From positions 310,001 through 374,000 of the forward strand of contig JBBPEB010000003.1 in the NCBI GenBank assembly GCA_039096225.1: a stretch of DNA of 64,000 nucleotides. The letters run 5' to 3'. Source of the DNA: Blastocystis sp. Blastoise (lineage: Eukaryota > Protista > Bigyra: Opalinata). Positions within the stretch are counted from its first letter, which is position 1; the number at the start of each line of letters is the position of its first letter. Positions 16,121-47,526 of this stretch are shown here, piece after piece. Made by a program: the position numbers and the translations under genes. Under the pieces are notes generated by a model. The model saw only the letters and a list, made by a program, of their open reading frames with translations, ran no database searches and was not told the DNA's origin.

Positions 16121-17595
16121 TTAAAGAGGTTTACGAAGACCTAATGGCTCAAATTGAAGAATTGATCCAAGAAGAAGATAAGCTTTCATCCAGATAGGTG
16201 CATTAATCAAATTATATTTATTATGTTTTATTCCGAAGATAATATCATGAGAAAGTTGTTCAGGAGACATACCTAAATTATAAAGAATTTGTTATACATA
16301 GAATTTAAAAAAAATTATTATTCATGTATATGTATATATATAACAGTAAAAAAAAACATAAATAAAGAGTAATTTGAATATATATATATATAAAATACCT
16401 TTTTCTGTGGTTTTATCCATTTTACCATATGTTTTTCCATCTCCTGTAACAGCACTTAAGGAATGATTTGTCCTATAATATATATAATATATATATGAAA
16501 ATTAATAGTCATAGGAGAAAATAGATTTTATATGATGATAATGATATATTTATAGAATAATAATAGAATGATAGATAAAATAGTATGATGTTATATATAC
16601 TTGACATAAGCAGGTGAGACAACCATAATGTGAATACCATTCTTCTTTTCTTCAGCTCTAAGAGCATCACAATATCCTTGAAGAGCATGTTTGGCGGCAC
16701 AATAACAGGCACGCGCGGGAACCGATAAAAGTCCTTGAATACTATAACGAATTATTAATTAACATTTAAAAAAACATATAGTAACATATCATATATATAT
16801 TATATAAATAAGAGACATAAAAAATTAAAATAAAACAAAAATTAAAATAAAAAAAAATAAAATAATTAAAAAAATAAAATAATTAAAAAATAAAATAAAA
16901 AAAAAAATAAAATAAAAAAAAAAATAAAATTAAAAAAAAATAAAATAAAAATTACAATAAAAAAAAATAAATTTATAAAAAAATGATGAAAAACCTATAT
17001 ATATACCTGCTAATAAAAACAAGATTTCCTTGTTTTCTGGATCTCATACCATTTAATACTATCTTAGCTAAAGCAACAGGTCCTCTGAAATTTGTATTCA
17101 TTACTTTATCTTCAATTTCTTGTTTAACATCACGACTGTTACTACGAATACCTAAACCAGAACTCATGACAAGAATATCTATTTGACCCATTTGAATTTC
17201 AACTTGTTTAGTTTTATCTTCAAAAGTATCTATTTGTTCAATATCTAAGGGAACAACAAATATTTTATTTGTAGCATTAGGTTTTAAAGCTTCAAATTCT
17301 GACTTCACAGTATCTAAAGCATCTTGACGACGAGAACTTATTGTGACATTAGCTCCAGATAAATAGTAATCTTTAGCAACAGCTATACAGAATAATATTG
17401 TTATTTTATCATTAAAGTAATCGTATATGATACTATATTTTGTATACCTTTGCCAATACCTGAACTAGCACCAATAATCCATACAGACTTACCAACTTGG
17501 GAGGGAATTGATTTATATTTGTAGATTAAATCATAAATTATCTTTGCAGCTACAGCAACAAGTGTAGCATATAAATAATTAATTGTAGAAATCAT
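16121..17595 (-). CDS. Short-chain dehydrogenase/reductase, DHRS7-like (multi-exon)
   Basis: N-terminal membrane anchor, VWIIGASSGIG Rossmann motif, IDILV, NTNFRG, catalytic YCAAKHALQGYCDALRAE. Confidence 0.85.
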
Positions 17596-18028
17596 TTTTG
17601 ATTTTTATATATATAAAAGTAATATAGAATGAGAAGGAAATCAAAAGAAAAGAAAATATTCGAAAAGAAATTCTTTTTCTGAAGTGAATTCATATTCTAT
17701 TCAGCAGAAACAAGTCATTTTTAAAGTGACAATATTGTTTTCAGAAGGAATCAGTCAAACATTTAAGGGTTTGTTATGAAAACTCTCTCGGGATACAAAT
17801 TGTTTCAAAAAAAGTTTCATGGGTATTTTTTGGTGTTCAAGCCGTGCGATCAAGATTTTCTGAGGTAGGAAGCTTATGCTGGGTAGAATACGGCGAACTT
17901 TGCTTAAAGACCTTACAATTCAATTAAAAAAATTTTAATTCTTTTCAAGTGAATTATAATTTTAAAAAGGAAAAGAATTTGTTATATATATTCTTATTTA
18001 GATAATTTAATTCAGTATTCATAAAAAG

Positions 18029-18743
18029 ATGTCTACTCCTGACGAAAGTAAACCTAATTTATCCATAAAACCTGAACAAAGAGTTCCTACATGGATTAAA
18101 GAACAAGTAAGGTCTCTTATTCACATGAATAATCAATAATATTTTCTTAAATTTCTAGTTAAATCATGAAATTGAAAGATTGAAGGCTAATGGTGCTAAC
18201 TGCTTACCTCTTCCTGTCAAATCAATATCCTTCATTGTTTATTTTTTTAAATATTATATTATATTATATATATTATTATATATTATATTGTATATATTCT
18301 TAATTATTATATATTATATATTCTTAATTATTATATTATATATATTCTTAATTATTATATTATATATATTCATAATTATTATATATTATATATTATTAAT
18401 TATTATATATTATATTATATTATTATATATATTTTCTTAATGAATATATACTGGTATTCAGAATGATGGAAGAGATTATTTTAATCGTGTTGATTTAAAT
18501 ACTAGTTTTGATTTTAATAAGTTGAAAATGGTGATTATCTCAGATCCTATTCCTTGTCCACATAAACCTGGTTATAATTATATTAATGTTGTATTATTCA
18601 CTGAAAAGTTAAAACCTATGATTCTTCCTTATATATATGATACTTCTTATGCTTCCAAGGGACATACTTTAAAGAATTGGGTATTTGTCAATAATCAAGG
18701 TGAAGAAGCTTATCATACCATTGATTCTTTTGAAGAAATATAA
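18029..18743 (+). CDS. Hypothetical protein, 3 exons (about 145 aa)
   Basis: In-frame splicing gives MSTPDESK...EQ|LNHEIERL...SFI|NDGRDYFNRVD...DSFEEI*, with codon usage like the highly expressed genes. Confidence 0.7.
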
Positions 18744-19036
18744 AAATATATTGTAAACTGTTCTAAAATCTATATGTATTAATTACATTTTTGTTTATTT
18801 GTAGAATTCTTATCAAAACATTTAAAAAAAAACAAAACAAAATTTACAATAAGAACAAAATAATATGAAAACCAAAATTAAAGAACTTTCAAACCAAGTG
18901 ATATTAACAAAAATAGAAAAGTCTGAAAATAAAAGAAAAATAGAATAAAGAATACAGTCTATAAATACATATACAAAAGAAAAAAAATTTTATTTGGTAT
19001 AAAAATAAAAAAAAGATAAAAATAAATAGAGACGAA

Positions 19037-20643
19037 TTATAAGAATAAAGCAGTAGAATTGGCAACAGGTTCAGCAACTAAAGAAGGTGAATAAACACCA
19101 AACGAAAAGATGAGTGCAGTACTTAAAGCACAAATAACAATAGTAAAGATCCATCCCGTAAAAACACTGGCAACAAGAGACCAATTGACACTATTTTTAC
19201 CTTCAATTAATCCTACACCAATAGTCGATCCAACAATACAATGAGTAGTAGAGAGAGGTAAACCAAGAGTAGATCCAAAAACTACAGTAAAAGCAGCACC
19301 AATATCAATAGAGAAACCACGAGAAGGAGTAACTTTAATAATATTGACACCAATAGCAGCCATAACTTTATAACCAAGACAAGCTAAACCAGCAATAATA
19401 CCAATACCTCCTAAGAAGAGAACCCAAAGAGGAGTTGATTCACCTGCAGTAGTCATACCTGTATTATATATAGATAAGATAGAAGCAAAAGGACCAATAG
19501 CATTAGCAACATCATTAGCACCATGAGCAAAACTATTCATAATAGCAGTAACTATTTGTAAATAACCAAAAATACTCTCTGTATAAGGATCAAATTTCTC
19601 TGCTTTTTCATGAATTTGATAGACTTTAGATTGTTCATCTTCTAATTGAGCATGAATATTCTGTTTTTCCATTAATGTTTTCTTTTCTATTTTAGAAGTA
19701 TCATGATGTTCTTCTTCTTTATTATCTGATTTATTAGTAACATCAGTAGAATCAGAAGATACTCCAGCTTTTTCATCGGACTCACTAATCTCAACAACGG
19801 TATCAAGTTCAATTTGAATTTGTTTTTCTTTTTTAAGTTCATCAGCAGCATTTTCACGTTTCTTTAATATATTACGTTTCATCTTAGGGACAAATGTATA
19901 TTGAAGAATAACACCAAATAAAAGACCAATAACAATAGCTATAACTAAACGAATCCAAGGATTGATCATATCAAGTTTCAAAGCGGGTGTACCTTTAAAT
20001 AAAATAAATGAAGATAAAACAAAAGCAGTAAAACCAATCATAACTGGATAAAAGAAGAAACCACGTTCTAAAGAATTAGGATAACGAAGAATAAATCTAC
20101 GAACACAATAGAAAAGAATAGAAGATACAAGACCAGATAGACAAGGAGAAATAAACCATGAAGAAACAATTTCAACCATTTTCATCCATTTAACTGATTG
20201 CCAACCTTTAGCAACTACAGCCATACCAATAATACCACCAATACAACTATGGGTAGTAGAAACAGGTAAACCATAATTTGTAGCAATAACAAGCCAAGAT
20301 GCAACACAAACTAACACGCAAAGCATACCAAACATAAGAACTTCAGGTTCATCTGAAAATTGAGTGACATCTGTAATATCAGTTTGAATAGTATCTGATA
20401 CATGACTACCCATCAAAGAAGCACCAGAAAATTCCATAATAGATGCAATGATCAGTGCTGTTTTCATCTTAAGAGCACCTCCACCAACAGATGTAGCAAA
20501 AGCATTTGCAACATCATTAGCACCTAAAGCAATAAAACCTAAATACACAAAATATAAAACATACCAATTCCAAAAGCAGTAAAGAATGCTACGATTGAGG
20601 CAGCAATGACTACCCAAAGATACGACGATAAGTCATAAGCCAT
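19037..20643 (-). CDS. PHO4/PiT (SLC20) family phosphate transporter
   Basis: Two GANDVAN signature motifs, LPVSTTH and LPLSTTH. True ATG at 20643, with a 41-nt intron at 20524-20564 splitting GIG|ANDVAN. Confidence 0.95.
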
Positions 20644-21888
20644 AATTAGAAATGAGTCTTAATAAAATGAAGATTCAATAAAAATGATAAAAGTATTCTT
20701 TCTATAAAACTGTGATGCATTAATTTTTTATGGACACATATAATTAAAATTGCCCTAAATAGATGAAGATCTCCCTAAAGCGATCAATTATTTCGTATAT
20801 TTAAGGGGTATATTATTTTGTTTATTCCAACAAATTGACCAATAAAATTAATGTATTTTGATTACGTGTAACATTTCTATTGGCTATTCTTATCATTCAA
20901 GATTCGATTTGACTGCACAAAAATAAATGCAAAGAAAACTCTTCATAAAGAATAAACATCTTCTGTTTTCGTATATTCTTTGGAAGTCTTTTTTTACTTA
21001 TTCTTTGGAAACCCTATCTGTAGAAAGATACAGATATATTCGTGGAATAAAATACGCTCAATACGTCAACAAGTCGTTTTCTAATGGAATGATTGCTTCA
21101 TATAGATATTTTTGCTTTAAATCATATTTGCCATATTAAATTTTATACGAATGAATATGATCTAGTGAAAAGATAATCATACCTGCTTTAAATAAGGTAT
21201 ATTTCTCGAAGTCACATTTTTTTTCGATTTATAAATAATTTCTTTTATCAGTATGTTGTATAAAAGAATATAAAGATTATGTTGATTAAAAAATAACCTT
21301 CTTGTAAGTAGGTATCATTTCGAATCTAGTTCATTCATGCTCAAATTCGTATCGAATGTTGTTTATACAACATTAATATGAGTTTTAATATAATTTTATA
21401 TGAATAATAAAAAACAAAGAAAACAAATTTGAAACCATCCATAAATAACTAAGGGAGTTATCGTTTTATGTTTTGTGTATCTCTCTATAATTCATTTTAT
21501 GCCTATTTTATTATGGATTTAATAAAAATGATTCATATGAATTGATTTCTGACAATAGGCCTATAATCGTTTTTAATATGTCCTAGAATAGTTAGATTTA
21601 ACTGCTCAATGTAATTATAAAGCCACTTTAAAAAAATATTAGTAGATTCGATGAATAAATCAAATGTACAGAATTTTACATAAGAAAAACAAAATTTGTG
21701 GGAAATAATAGTTTTAGAAAACTACACTGTTTTATTCTCATGAATATCGATTTTTTAAAAAATTATTGAAAAAGGAAACTTTTTGCGTATTTGGAGTATT
21801 TTATACACAAGCGATCTCTAATCAGTAAGTTGCTTATATATATATACTTTGCTTATTATGAATAGAAAAGAGTTTATTTCAATGAAAA

Positions 21889-23538
21889 ATGGATAATTAT
21901 AAAATCAAGTTTACTTTTTGGTTTTATAAATTCATTTTCTTATTCTTATTCATTACAAATACGCAGGCAAAAAAGGTTAGGTAAGTATTGATTACAATAT
22001 AATTTACATTTATAGGTTTTCGTATGATGATCATAAATTAAGCTATTCTCGAGATTTCTCTGTGATGAACATACGAGATCCTCAAAAATGTTATGTAGAA
22101 TTTGAATTAATTAAAACAATGCATACACAAGGAATCATTTCTTCATCTCCAGTCGTTTCTCAAATAACAAAAGATGGAAGTCATGATGTATCTCGTTCTT
22201 CTTATTCCTTTATAACTCATTTTATTATTTAGATTATTGTAACAACTGAGTCACACTATATTCAAATCTTCGAAAGCAATAAGGATACGAAACCATGTAT
22301 GATATATATATATTTATTCTATAAAAAAAATATATATATTCTTATAAAATTCTAGTTGTTTCTATTGAATTTGAAGATGTGAGTTTTTCTCTTCCTCCTA
22401 TTTTATATGATTGTGATGATGATGGTGTGAATGATATTATTACTATAGATGACAAAGGAAATATTAGATGTATTAAAGTATATTTATATATGAAATATAA
22501 TTATGAATTATTTCTTTAGCTTAATAATGAATTTACTTATGTATATGAATATTTCCTCCAAATCCCCTCTTTTCAACTTCCAGATGATATGTATATATAT
22601 ACAAATATAGTCTTATTATTTTATATTTCTTGGGTATATTTATTATGAATTAAAAAAAAAGAAATTTAGATAATAATAATAAATTAAATACAATTATATT
22701 TATATACTCTATTATTCTTAGAACTTCTCTACAAGTTTCTTCACATCCATTTATTAAAATGCCACCTATTCCTCTCGATAACCGCGGTTATACATATATT
22801 AATAGTACGAATGAATGGTTTGAACAAAATCTTGAATTTGTATATATATATATATATTATTTATTGTATATATATGGTATTATATTGTAATATTTGAAAT
22901 TTTAATAATAATAATTATATATCTTTAATCATCATTATATATATATTTTTAATAATCATTATATATATATTTTTAATAATCATTATATATATATAATTTT
23001 AATAATCATTATATATATAGGGAATAAGAAAAGAAGGTATTCAGCATAATCAGTTCAATCCCTCAGGAACACCGTACGAGGATACGATGGATCCTTTAAC
23101 GGAGGAGATGGAGGATAACGAAGGTGAGTCTATATATTCTGAAGAAGAAGAAACAATAGAGGAAGAATTATATAATTATATGAAAGACAATCGATATATT
23201 ACTCAAGACTCTATAAAAGAATTATATTCTACTATTTATCATACTGTACAACAAAACAAAAACTTTAATATTTTTGTTCATAATAAAACATTTCATCTTA
23301 TTCCTCAAGTACTGGCGTCCCCCGTGGTTATTCGACCTATTTCCGCCGAAGATCATACACTCCTGATATTCCCTGTAACCTATTCGAAGACAGATGATCT
23401 GTATATATATATATGTTATTATATATAAATATATGCTATTATATATATATGTTATTATATATATATATATAGTCTTATTATCTGTGCATTGATATGCTAT
23501 GATCTGTCTATTAAACAATTTTTATGGGTTCGATTATT

Positions 23539-23586
<48 letters not shown>

Positions 23587-25047
23587 ATTTGACTTTTGGA
23601 CAAGATATAGATGGAGCGTCATTATTTGCTTCTCCCACGATTATTGACTTCGATTTAGATGGAAGTCCAGAAATAATCGTGGGAACTGCATCAGGACTTT
23701 TGTATATATATATATATTATTTTTGACATTTTAATTATACTATATATATATAGATATATATTAAATTTGGATGGCTCAAATCAACCTCATTGGCCTATTA
23801 ATACTGGTCGCATTTTATCTCAAATAACCGTGGAAAACTTAGGAAATGAAATGAATATTGTATGTATTAAACATATACTTATTATTATAATTATTAATAT
23901 ATATATTATTATACATATTATTATATATATTATTATACCTATTAATATATATAGATATTTGGTACCAAGGAAGGAGGGGTGTTTATGTATGACGCAGAGG
24001 GGGATCTCGTGTGGTCACGATTTCTCTATGGACCAATTCTTATGGTATATATATATTCGATTACTCTATATATATATATAGCCAATTATTGTCGCTGATA
24101 TAAATGATGATCACGTGCTAGATATAGTTGTATCTACTTCATTGGGAGATGTTCACGTGTTCCGAGGGATTGATGGTAAAGTTGTGAAAGGATTCCCGCT
24201 TAAAGTTCCCGGTATATAATTATATATATAATTATATATTATATTTATACATAATATATATTATATAGGTCATATTAATTATCCGTTAACCATAGCGAAA
24301 TTGACTTCAGTATATATATATATTATATTACTCTATATATATATATATATTATATTACTATATATATAGACAAAAGGTTTAGATATTATTATTCCATGTC
24401 AGGATAAATATATATATATATATAACTCAATAAGGTATGTATATATATACTATTAAATATATATATATTATTAATTATATAAATATATAGTGGATGTGTA
24501 CGTCGTATATACATAAATGATATTGTTTCTGGGCAGGTGCTTGTAGGAGATTTTGAAAATACAAATCATATAAATCTTCTGGTGACAACACATTCTGGAT
24601 CACTTTTTATATATCGTGTTCGCCCTGTAGAAAATACCAAGGGAATTATGGATTATTCTCTGTTAAATCAGTGGATCCCCGTGAATCAAGGTCTCAATGG
24701 AATGATCTATCAATATAATTATAGAGGAGTTTATTTTACTTCGTATATATATATAGAATTATATATATATAGAATTGTTTAGAATTAGTTTATAATTAAC
24801 TACTATATATATATATATAGGAAATCGGTTATGGATGTGTCAGGTGCGTCATTTTCTGTTACTTTTACTATCGTTGACCAATCAGATGATTATAAGACAA
24901 CACCAAATAACCACGGGAATTCAAAGTCCTATACTATTCTTATTTCTTATGGATCTATCGTTATATTTCGAAAGGTATATATATATGTATATTTATATTT
25001 ATATATTTATTTTCTTATATATATAGGTATATTTATATATTTATTTT

Positions 25048-25083
<36 letters not shown>

Positions 25084-25438
25084 TATATACCACTACGGGT
25101 ACATATACTGTGGCCCTCACACTCCCTCAAGAAGGATCATTTCTATTGGATGTTACACTCCTCACGGAACACTATCATTATTCTCATGATTCCATTTCTA
25201 TTCAGTATATATTTATATCATTTTTTTTTTCTTTTTTTTTATTTGATATATTTTAATTTCCTTAATTTATTAGAAATATAATAATATATTAATTGATTAG
25301 ATATCTATGAATATATCTATATATAGATACAATACGTCCTTCTACTATTATATTCAGGGATTATTATTACTCCCTCTTCTCCTCCTCTATCTATATATAT
25401 TATTCACTAAAGTACTCGATACACCTCTACCTTTATAA
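21889..25438 (+). CDS. DEX1-like (defective in exine formation 1) FG-GAP repeat membrane protein, many exons
   Basis: Signal peptide. Repeats YDCDDDGVNDII, SPTIIDFDLDGSPEIIVGT, ADINDDHVLDIV..GDVHV.RG.DG..V.GFP, VLVGDF..NLLVTT.SG. C-terminal TM, stop at 25436-25438. Confidence 0.75.
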
Positions 25439-26240
25439 TCCACAAATAACCACGGGAATCGTTGGATTCAAGATTATCTTCTATTTCTATAGTATACACT
25501 CTATCTTTTAGTCTATATTATATATGTATATACAATATATATATATATTATATTATGTTTTTTTTTTCTGTTATGATTATCTCTCTTTAAATTCAGGTTT
25601 ATATATATATAAATAATAATAAATGAATTTAGATTAAAATATTTAGATTTTTTGAATGATTCTCTTCTATTTTTAATTTTTTTTAATTTTTTTAATTTTT
25701 TTATACGATTCTTTATGTATTGTTTTCTTCTTATGTCTTCATATGTTTCGCTTAATATATATTATTGTTGTAATTGTTATATACAAATTTTACTCTTTGT
25801 TGTTCAATACATATATTTAGTATATATTTTTTATGTTTTTATCAAAGTTATATATATATATATATATAATTTTTTGTTGTTGTGTTTCTGTTTTATTTTC
25901 CTTTTTTCTCTCTTTTATTTTATTTTCCGTCAATGTACGTTTTATTTTGTATTGATTGTGCTCTTGAATATATTTCAGTGATATTAGTGGTTTTGTCATA
26001 TATACATTTAAACTAATTTTAACATAATCAACCTATATTGTTTTTTTATACCTTTTTAAATTTAAAAAAAAAATTATTAAATTATAGATAGTAACTGAAA
26101 CTATATAATGATTGAAACATTATAAAAAACAAATTACAAAAAAAGAAAAACAAATATTTAACTAACAACAGAAAATAATATTAAAAAACAATAATTATTC
26201 AATAGGCACTAATTGTTAAGACAGGAGATATTAAGGAGCG

Positions 26241-26459
26241 TCACATTTTATCTTTAGGATTTGTATTTGTATTAATGAGATCATTGACTTTTGCTTTAAC
26301 ATTTGACAATTGGTTTTCATTAATGAATAAATGTGTTTGATCAAGGACATACTTAATTATTTTATGATCTTTGTCTAGAAATTCGATATATGTTTTGATT
26401 ACTGGATCCACAGTAATAAGGATTCCTTTTGTAGCAGTAGCAACTTCTAATTTATTCAT
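26241..26459 (-). CDS. TFB5: TFIIH subunit 5 (Tfb5/p8)
   Basis: KGILITVDPVIK..I..LD....II..LDQTHLFI matches the Tfb5 family. 72 aa. Confidence 0.85.
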   Translation of the reverse strand: MNKLEVATATKGILITVDPVIKTYIEFLDKDHKIIKYVLDQTHLFINENQLSNVKAKVNDLINTNTNPKDKM

Positions 26460-26565
26460 CGTTTATACAGTTCCTAGAAAATTAATTATTGTCAAAAGAA
26501 GAATAAAAGAGTAATACGAAAAACAAAAATATTTTTTTAAAATAAAAATAAATGTTGTTTCTAGA

Positions 26566-27594
26566 ATGGATTTGAATCGACCAACTCGAATTAATGCAGT
26601 AGTTCATTGTACATTATGATTTGAATTATATTTAGTTGATATAGTGGTGAAACAAACGGTCTCAGTGAAACATACTGTTGATTCAATGATTGAAAGTATT
26701 CAGCAACTCAATAATTTATATGATGAATTATTTCGGAGGACGAATCTACAATTGGAAATACTATCAAAGCGTTTAGCATCGATCAAAGCAGTATGTGATG
26801 AAGTTTTCTTATTTTATTGATAATTTTATAATTATAAACTATTGATTTCATTATTCATTATATATAAACCATTTTCATTCATGTTGTGAATATAGAGAAT
26901 GATTACTTTGGAGGCAAAGATTGATTATTGTATAGAAAATCAAAATAAAATAGACACATTTACGTCTCATAAACTTACATTAACAAATCCAAGTATTTAT
27001 AATCAAAATAAATTATTTAATGAATCCGATTTATTATCACCTTCTCTTTCATCCACTTTTTCTACCTTACAATCTGATTTTATTGTATATATATATATAT
27101 ATTTATTATTATATTATTATTATTTTTTTTGTTATTATATTATATTATATTAATATTATATATATATAGATTCATAATATACCGATCTCAGACTATACTC
27201 TCTATAATGATATTATTAAAGAAGATTCTTCTCCATCTTATATTGTATATATATATAGTATTATTATTATATATATATATATTATTATATATATATTCTA
27301 AATAATAAAATGACTATTTCAAAATATTTTTATATAGTTTCACCATAAGAATAATAATGAAAAGATATTAGAGTATGAGGATAATAGAAAACAATATTCA
27401 ATAACCAATAATGTATATTCTATTTGATATTCTTTTTTAAATTTATTTTAATTATATGTATATATATCTTTAGATATACACGTCACCATTTGAAATAGAG
27501 AATACATTAAAAGGTATATAGTATATATATAAATATTCTTTTATATACCTATATAGATTTCAATGAATCTTTTTCCATAATTCCAAAAAAATGA
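26566..27594 (+). CDS. Small protein with a WASH1 WAHD-like N-terminal coiled coil, lacking the poly-Pro/VCA region; about 7 exons
   Basis: TVDSMIESIQQLNNLYDELFRR...LSKRLASIKARMITLEAKID...FTS resembles the WASH1 N-terminus. First intron is 27 nt (26609-26635). Stop TGA at 27592-27594. Confidence 0.45.
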
Positions 27595-28116
27595 TAAATA
27601 ATGAAAAAATATATATATATTATTTACTTGGTTTCGTTGTGTTTAAAGTGGTGATTATCACTAAATGAAAAGCAATTGGTATACTGGAAAACCAAAAACC
27701 AAAAACGAAAAAAAAATAAAAACTAGAAAAAACGTGAACTATAATAAAAAAGTAATTAAAAAAAGAAAGAAAAGCTGAATCGTAAACAAAGTGATTTTAA
27801 AAATATATACTTTTTTAAAAACAAATATTTATATATAACTATAGAAACGATAATTGTGAATAAGAATCCATTAATTACCAATATAAATTGTGAAATAAGA
27901 TATATAATATATAATATATAATATAAAATAATAGAATAAAAAGCGATATACAACGACAATATATCTTTACCTTTTGATAAAAACAAAGAATAAAGAAAAC
28001 ATATATACTATTTTTTTATTATATAAATAATATAAAACATATATATATAAGAAATCAAGTATACCCTCTAAAAATATCTTCTATATATATATATATATGT
28101 ATATATATATAGATAT

Positions 28117-28939
28117 TTAACAGCATCGATCTCTATCGATAGAAGGACTGATAGAAGAGAGAGGAATAGCGCTATCATCCTTCTCATCTTCCCAAAGATC
28201 TGAATGAGAAATAACTACGTTTAATAACTCCTTTACAGAAGATTCTAAATTGATATTCAATTTTGCAGAAGTCTAGAAATGATATATATATATTGTGTAT
28301 TCTTATAGATAACTACATAAATTATTAATAATATAAATAACTTATATCTTACAATTTAAATAAAATTAAAAATATATAATAATAATGAATATAAAATAAA
28401 AAATATATATAATAATAATGAATATAGAAATTAAAAAAAAAAAATGATAATGAATATATAAAAACAAAATATAAATATACTTTTTCCCAACCAATGAATC
28501 CATTATCCTTAACAAATTGATCTAATTCGTCAGGATTCGTTTTACTCTCACTTAAATCGCATTTATTTGCTAAAAGTAATACAGGTAATGGCTTTCCATT
28601 AGGTAATGTTACTTTACTATCAAGTTCAGTTTTCCATTTCTTAATCGATTCAAACGAATTATCACATGTTGAATCATATACAATAAATGCACCGAAAGCT
28701 CCACGATAATAAACTCTTGAAATATTCTGATAACGGTCTTGACCAGCTATATCCCATAATTGTAATCTATAAGTTACATCACCAATGGCTAAGATTTTCA
28801 AACCAAAATCCACAGTTGTTGTTATATGATAATTTTCAGAGAATAAATCATGAACATATCTTTTGATTATACTTGTTTTTCCAGTTTTAGCATCACCAAT
28901 AAACAAAAATTTAATTGTTTTTTCTGATTTATTTGACAT
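28117..28939 (-). CDS. Rab32/38-like small GTPase, 2 exons
   Basis: GDAKTGKTS, VDFGLK, WDIAGQDR, RVYYRGA, LPNGKPLPVLLLANKCD, TSAK, C-terminal CC prenylation motif. Confidence 0.9.
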
Positions 28940-30222
28940 TTTTAATGAATCTGATGCTCAGCAACTAACAATCAATAAGATATTTTCTATTCTATTCTAT
29001 ATACCAGAATATATTCAAAGATCTAAATTGTTTTTTGTCTAACTAACAAAGTAGGGAAATTTAACTGATAACCAGAATAACAGGAATAATCACAAAATCA
29101 CCATCATTCTTTGTAAAACCGCGGGAACTCAAAACATACGTTTAAAAAGTTCTCCTTCTTCTTGAAAAAGAACTTTTTCTTCTTTTATTCTATTGGTTTC
29201 ATGAGAATCAAAACATATTACACTTAAAATTTAATTTTATTTCTGAAAACATTATTCTATAGAAAAATACAAACAAACAATATTGTTTTGTATTTAGTGT
29301 TTTCCTTAATAGTATCATTTGCTTGTCAACAATACATGAGGGAATATGTCTGAACTATAAAATCTCCATATTTCTTGACAACTCCACACACAATTGTCAT
29401 CGTGGTAATCACAGATAGTGATAATGTTCATATTTGAATGAGATATACATTATTTCCAAGAGAATGATCATAGTTGAATTTATAATTATAAACATTTTCT
29501 TCAATTCCAACAAATTAGAGTATAAGTTTTCATATATATATATATTCTTTAATATCCAATCACCATGGAGAATTCCAACTGATAACTCTTAAAGTACATA
29601 TCGCTGAATTTGTAGTCATTGAAAAACACTTGAAAAAATGGATTTTCGATTTCATTTTAATAATGGTGCGATTTCGCAATATCATATATCGGACTCAATA
29701 GCATTACTCAAGTATTGAAACATAACAAATAGTATCACTGTTAAAGTCTATCCTTTTAAGATCATTTTTAAAATCATATATTTAATTAACAAGATATAAC
29801 CCAATAAAACATATGGATTTCTTTAGAAACATCAAATATAAGGAGAAAATTAAATAAAAAAAAGAACTCAACAATGAAAACTGAATTTATTTAGTTATAA
29901 ATATTCTGATGTTTTTTTTTAATGGAAAAGTGAAGGACTACAGTGAAAACAAAACATTTCCCCACTATTATTGATGGATGTTTCCATAAAAAAAAAGTCG
30001 TTTTTTCGACTGTCGTCCCTCACATTCCCACAAAAACGGGAGAACTCCTTTCTATAACAGAGTTATTTTCAGTCATTAGAAGTGTCTATATCTTTCAATA
30101 ATTCTAAATACTAGGTAGGTATGTGATGTTAGTAATCATAGAATTATCACGAATTTCTAATTTTAAAAACTGAAAAAAGGAATTTTTTTTTTAGAAAAAA
30201 AAAAACAAAACTGAATCTTTGC

Positions 30223-30606
30223 ATGGAGACTATATGCGTAAATATAAACATATTTATTTTGGATATATCTTTTATGTTCCAAGTAACAGATTCATATTTT
30301 AATGGGGTTCTACGTCTACAAGGAAAAGTTTACTCAATCATTAGCAATAATTATTTGTTTTTTCTCCTTGTCGTCTTGATCACAATTGTTTCTTTTATGT
30401 TTGTCGTTCTTACTATCAACATTGTCCAAGAATATTATATTATCTTGTCTGATGAGAACAATACTGAGATTTATGTTCTTGAAGAAAATGCCGGTATTAA
30501 TATTGATATGGGCAGAGAAGATCAACAACAGATAGATCAACGTCAATGGAATCTCTCTGAGTCAACAGCACCTTCTCAAGAAGATGTTGATTCTGAACAT
30601 TTATGA
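30223..30606 (+). CDS. Hypothetical small single-pass membrane protein
   Basis: 127 aa ORF with one hydrophobic segment and an acidic tail. No recognised family. Confidence 0.45.
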   Translation: METICVNINIFILDISFMFQVTDSYFNGVLRLQGKVYSIISNNYLFFLLVVLITIVSFMFVVLTINIVQEYYIILSDENNTEIYVLEENAGINIDMGREDQQQIDQRQWNLSESTAPSQEDVDSEHL

Positions 30607-30886
30607 AGCATATAAAATTTGTAGAAGTCTGACTGTTATTTTTATTTTACGCTTCATTTTGTGTTCAATCTGTCTATATATCATTTTTCCCTTTTTTTTT
30701 TTAATTTTGCTTTTCCATTTTATTATTTTCATATTATATAATATGTATTTGTTGTGTTTTTTATTTTAATATAAACATAATACGCTAACTATTAAATGAG
30801 AATCATTAGAAATAACCAAAAAGTCAAAAAGAAAAAAAATATAAAAAGATTTAAATGATTCTTAAACACATAAAAAAATAGACAAG

Positions 30887-47081
<16,195 letters not shown>

Positions 47082-47526
47082 TTTCTAATCAGTATAATAA
47101 ATAAAAAATTTAAAAATGTTTTTCTTTTTCCTCACAATAAATATTTATATTGAATACTTTTAGTTTAAAAGGTATATCAAATTCTTTCCTAATCATTAAA
47201 ATAGTTTAAACAAAGACGAGTATCAACAACTGAGAATAGACCTTAAAACACATAAAAGAAAGTAAAAAAAAATGAAAAATGGAAAACGAATGTAGAACAA
47301 GGAATAAAGAACAATTTTAATAGAAAAATGAAATAATACAACAGACTAATATACAAATAACTAAATGTTATTGAAAGAATAAAAAGAAACATATATATGT
47401 ATATGTATACATATACCATATAATTAATTAAAAATATGAAGAATAAGAAAATAATATATATATATAAGAAACGGATCAACCAAATAAATATAAATAAAAA
47501 AAAAAGTAATATCTTATGAATTCATT

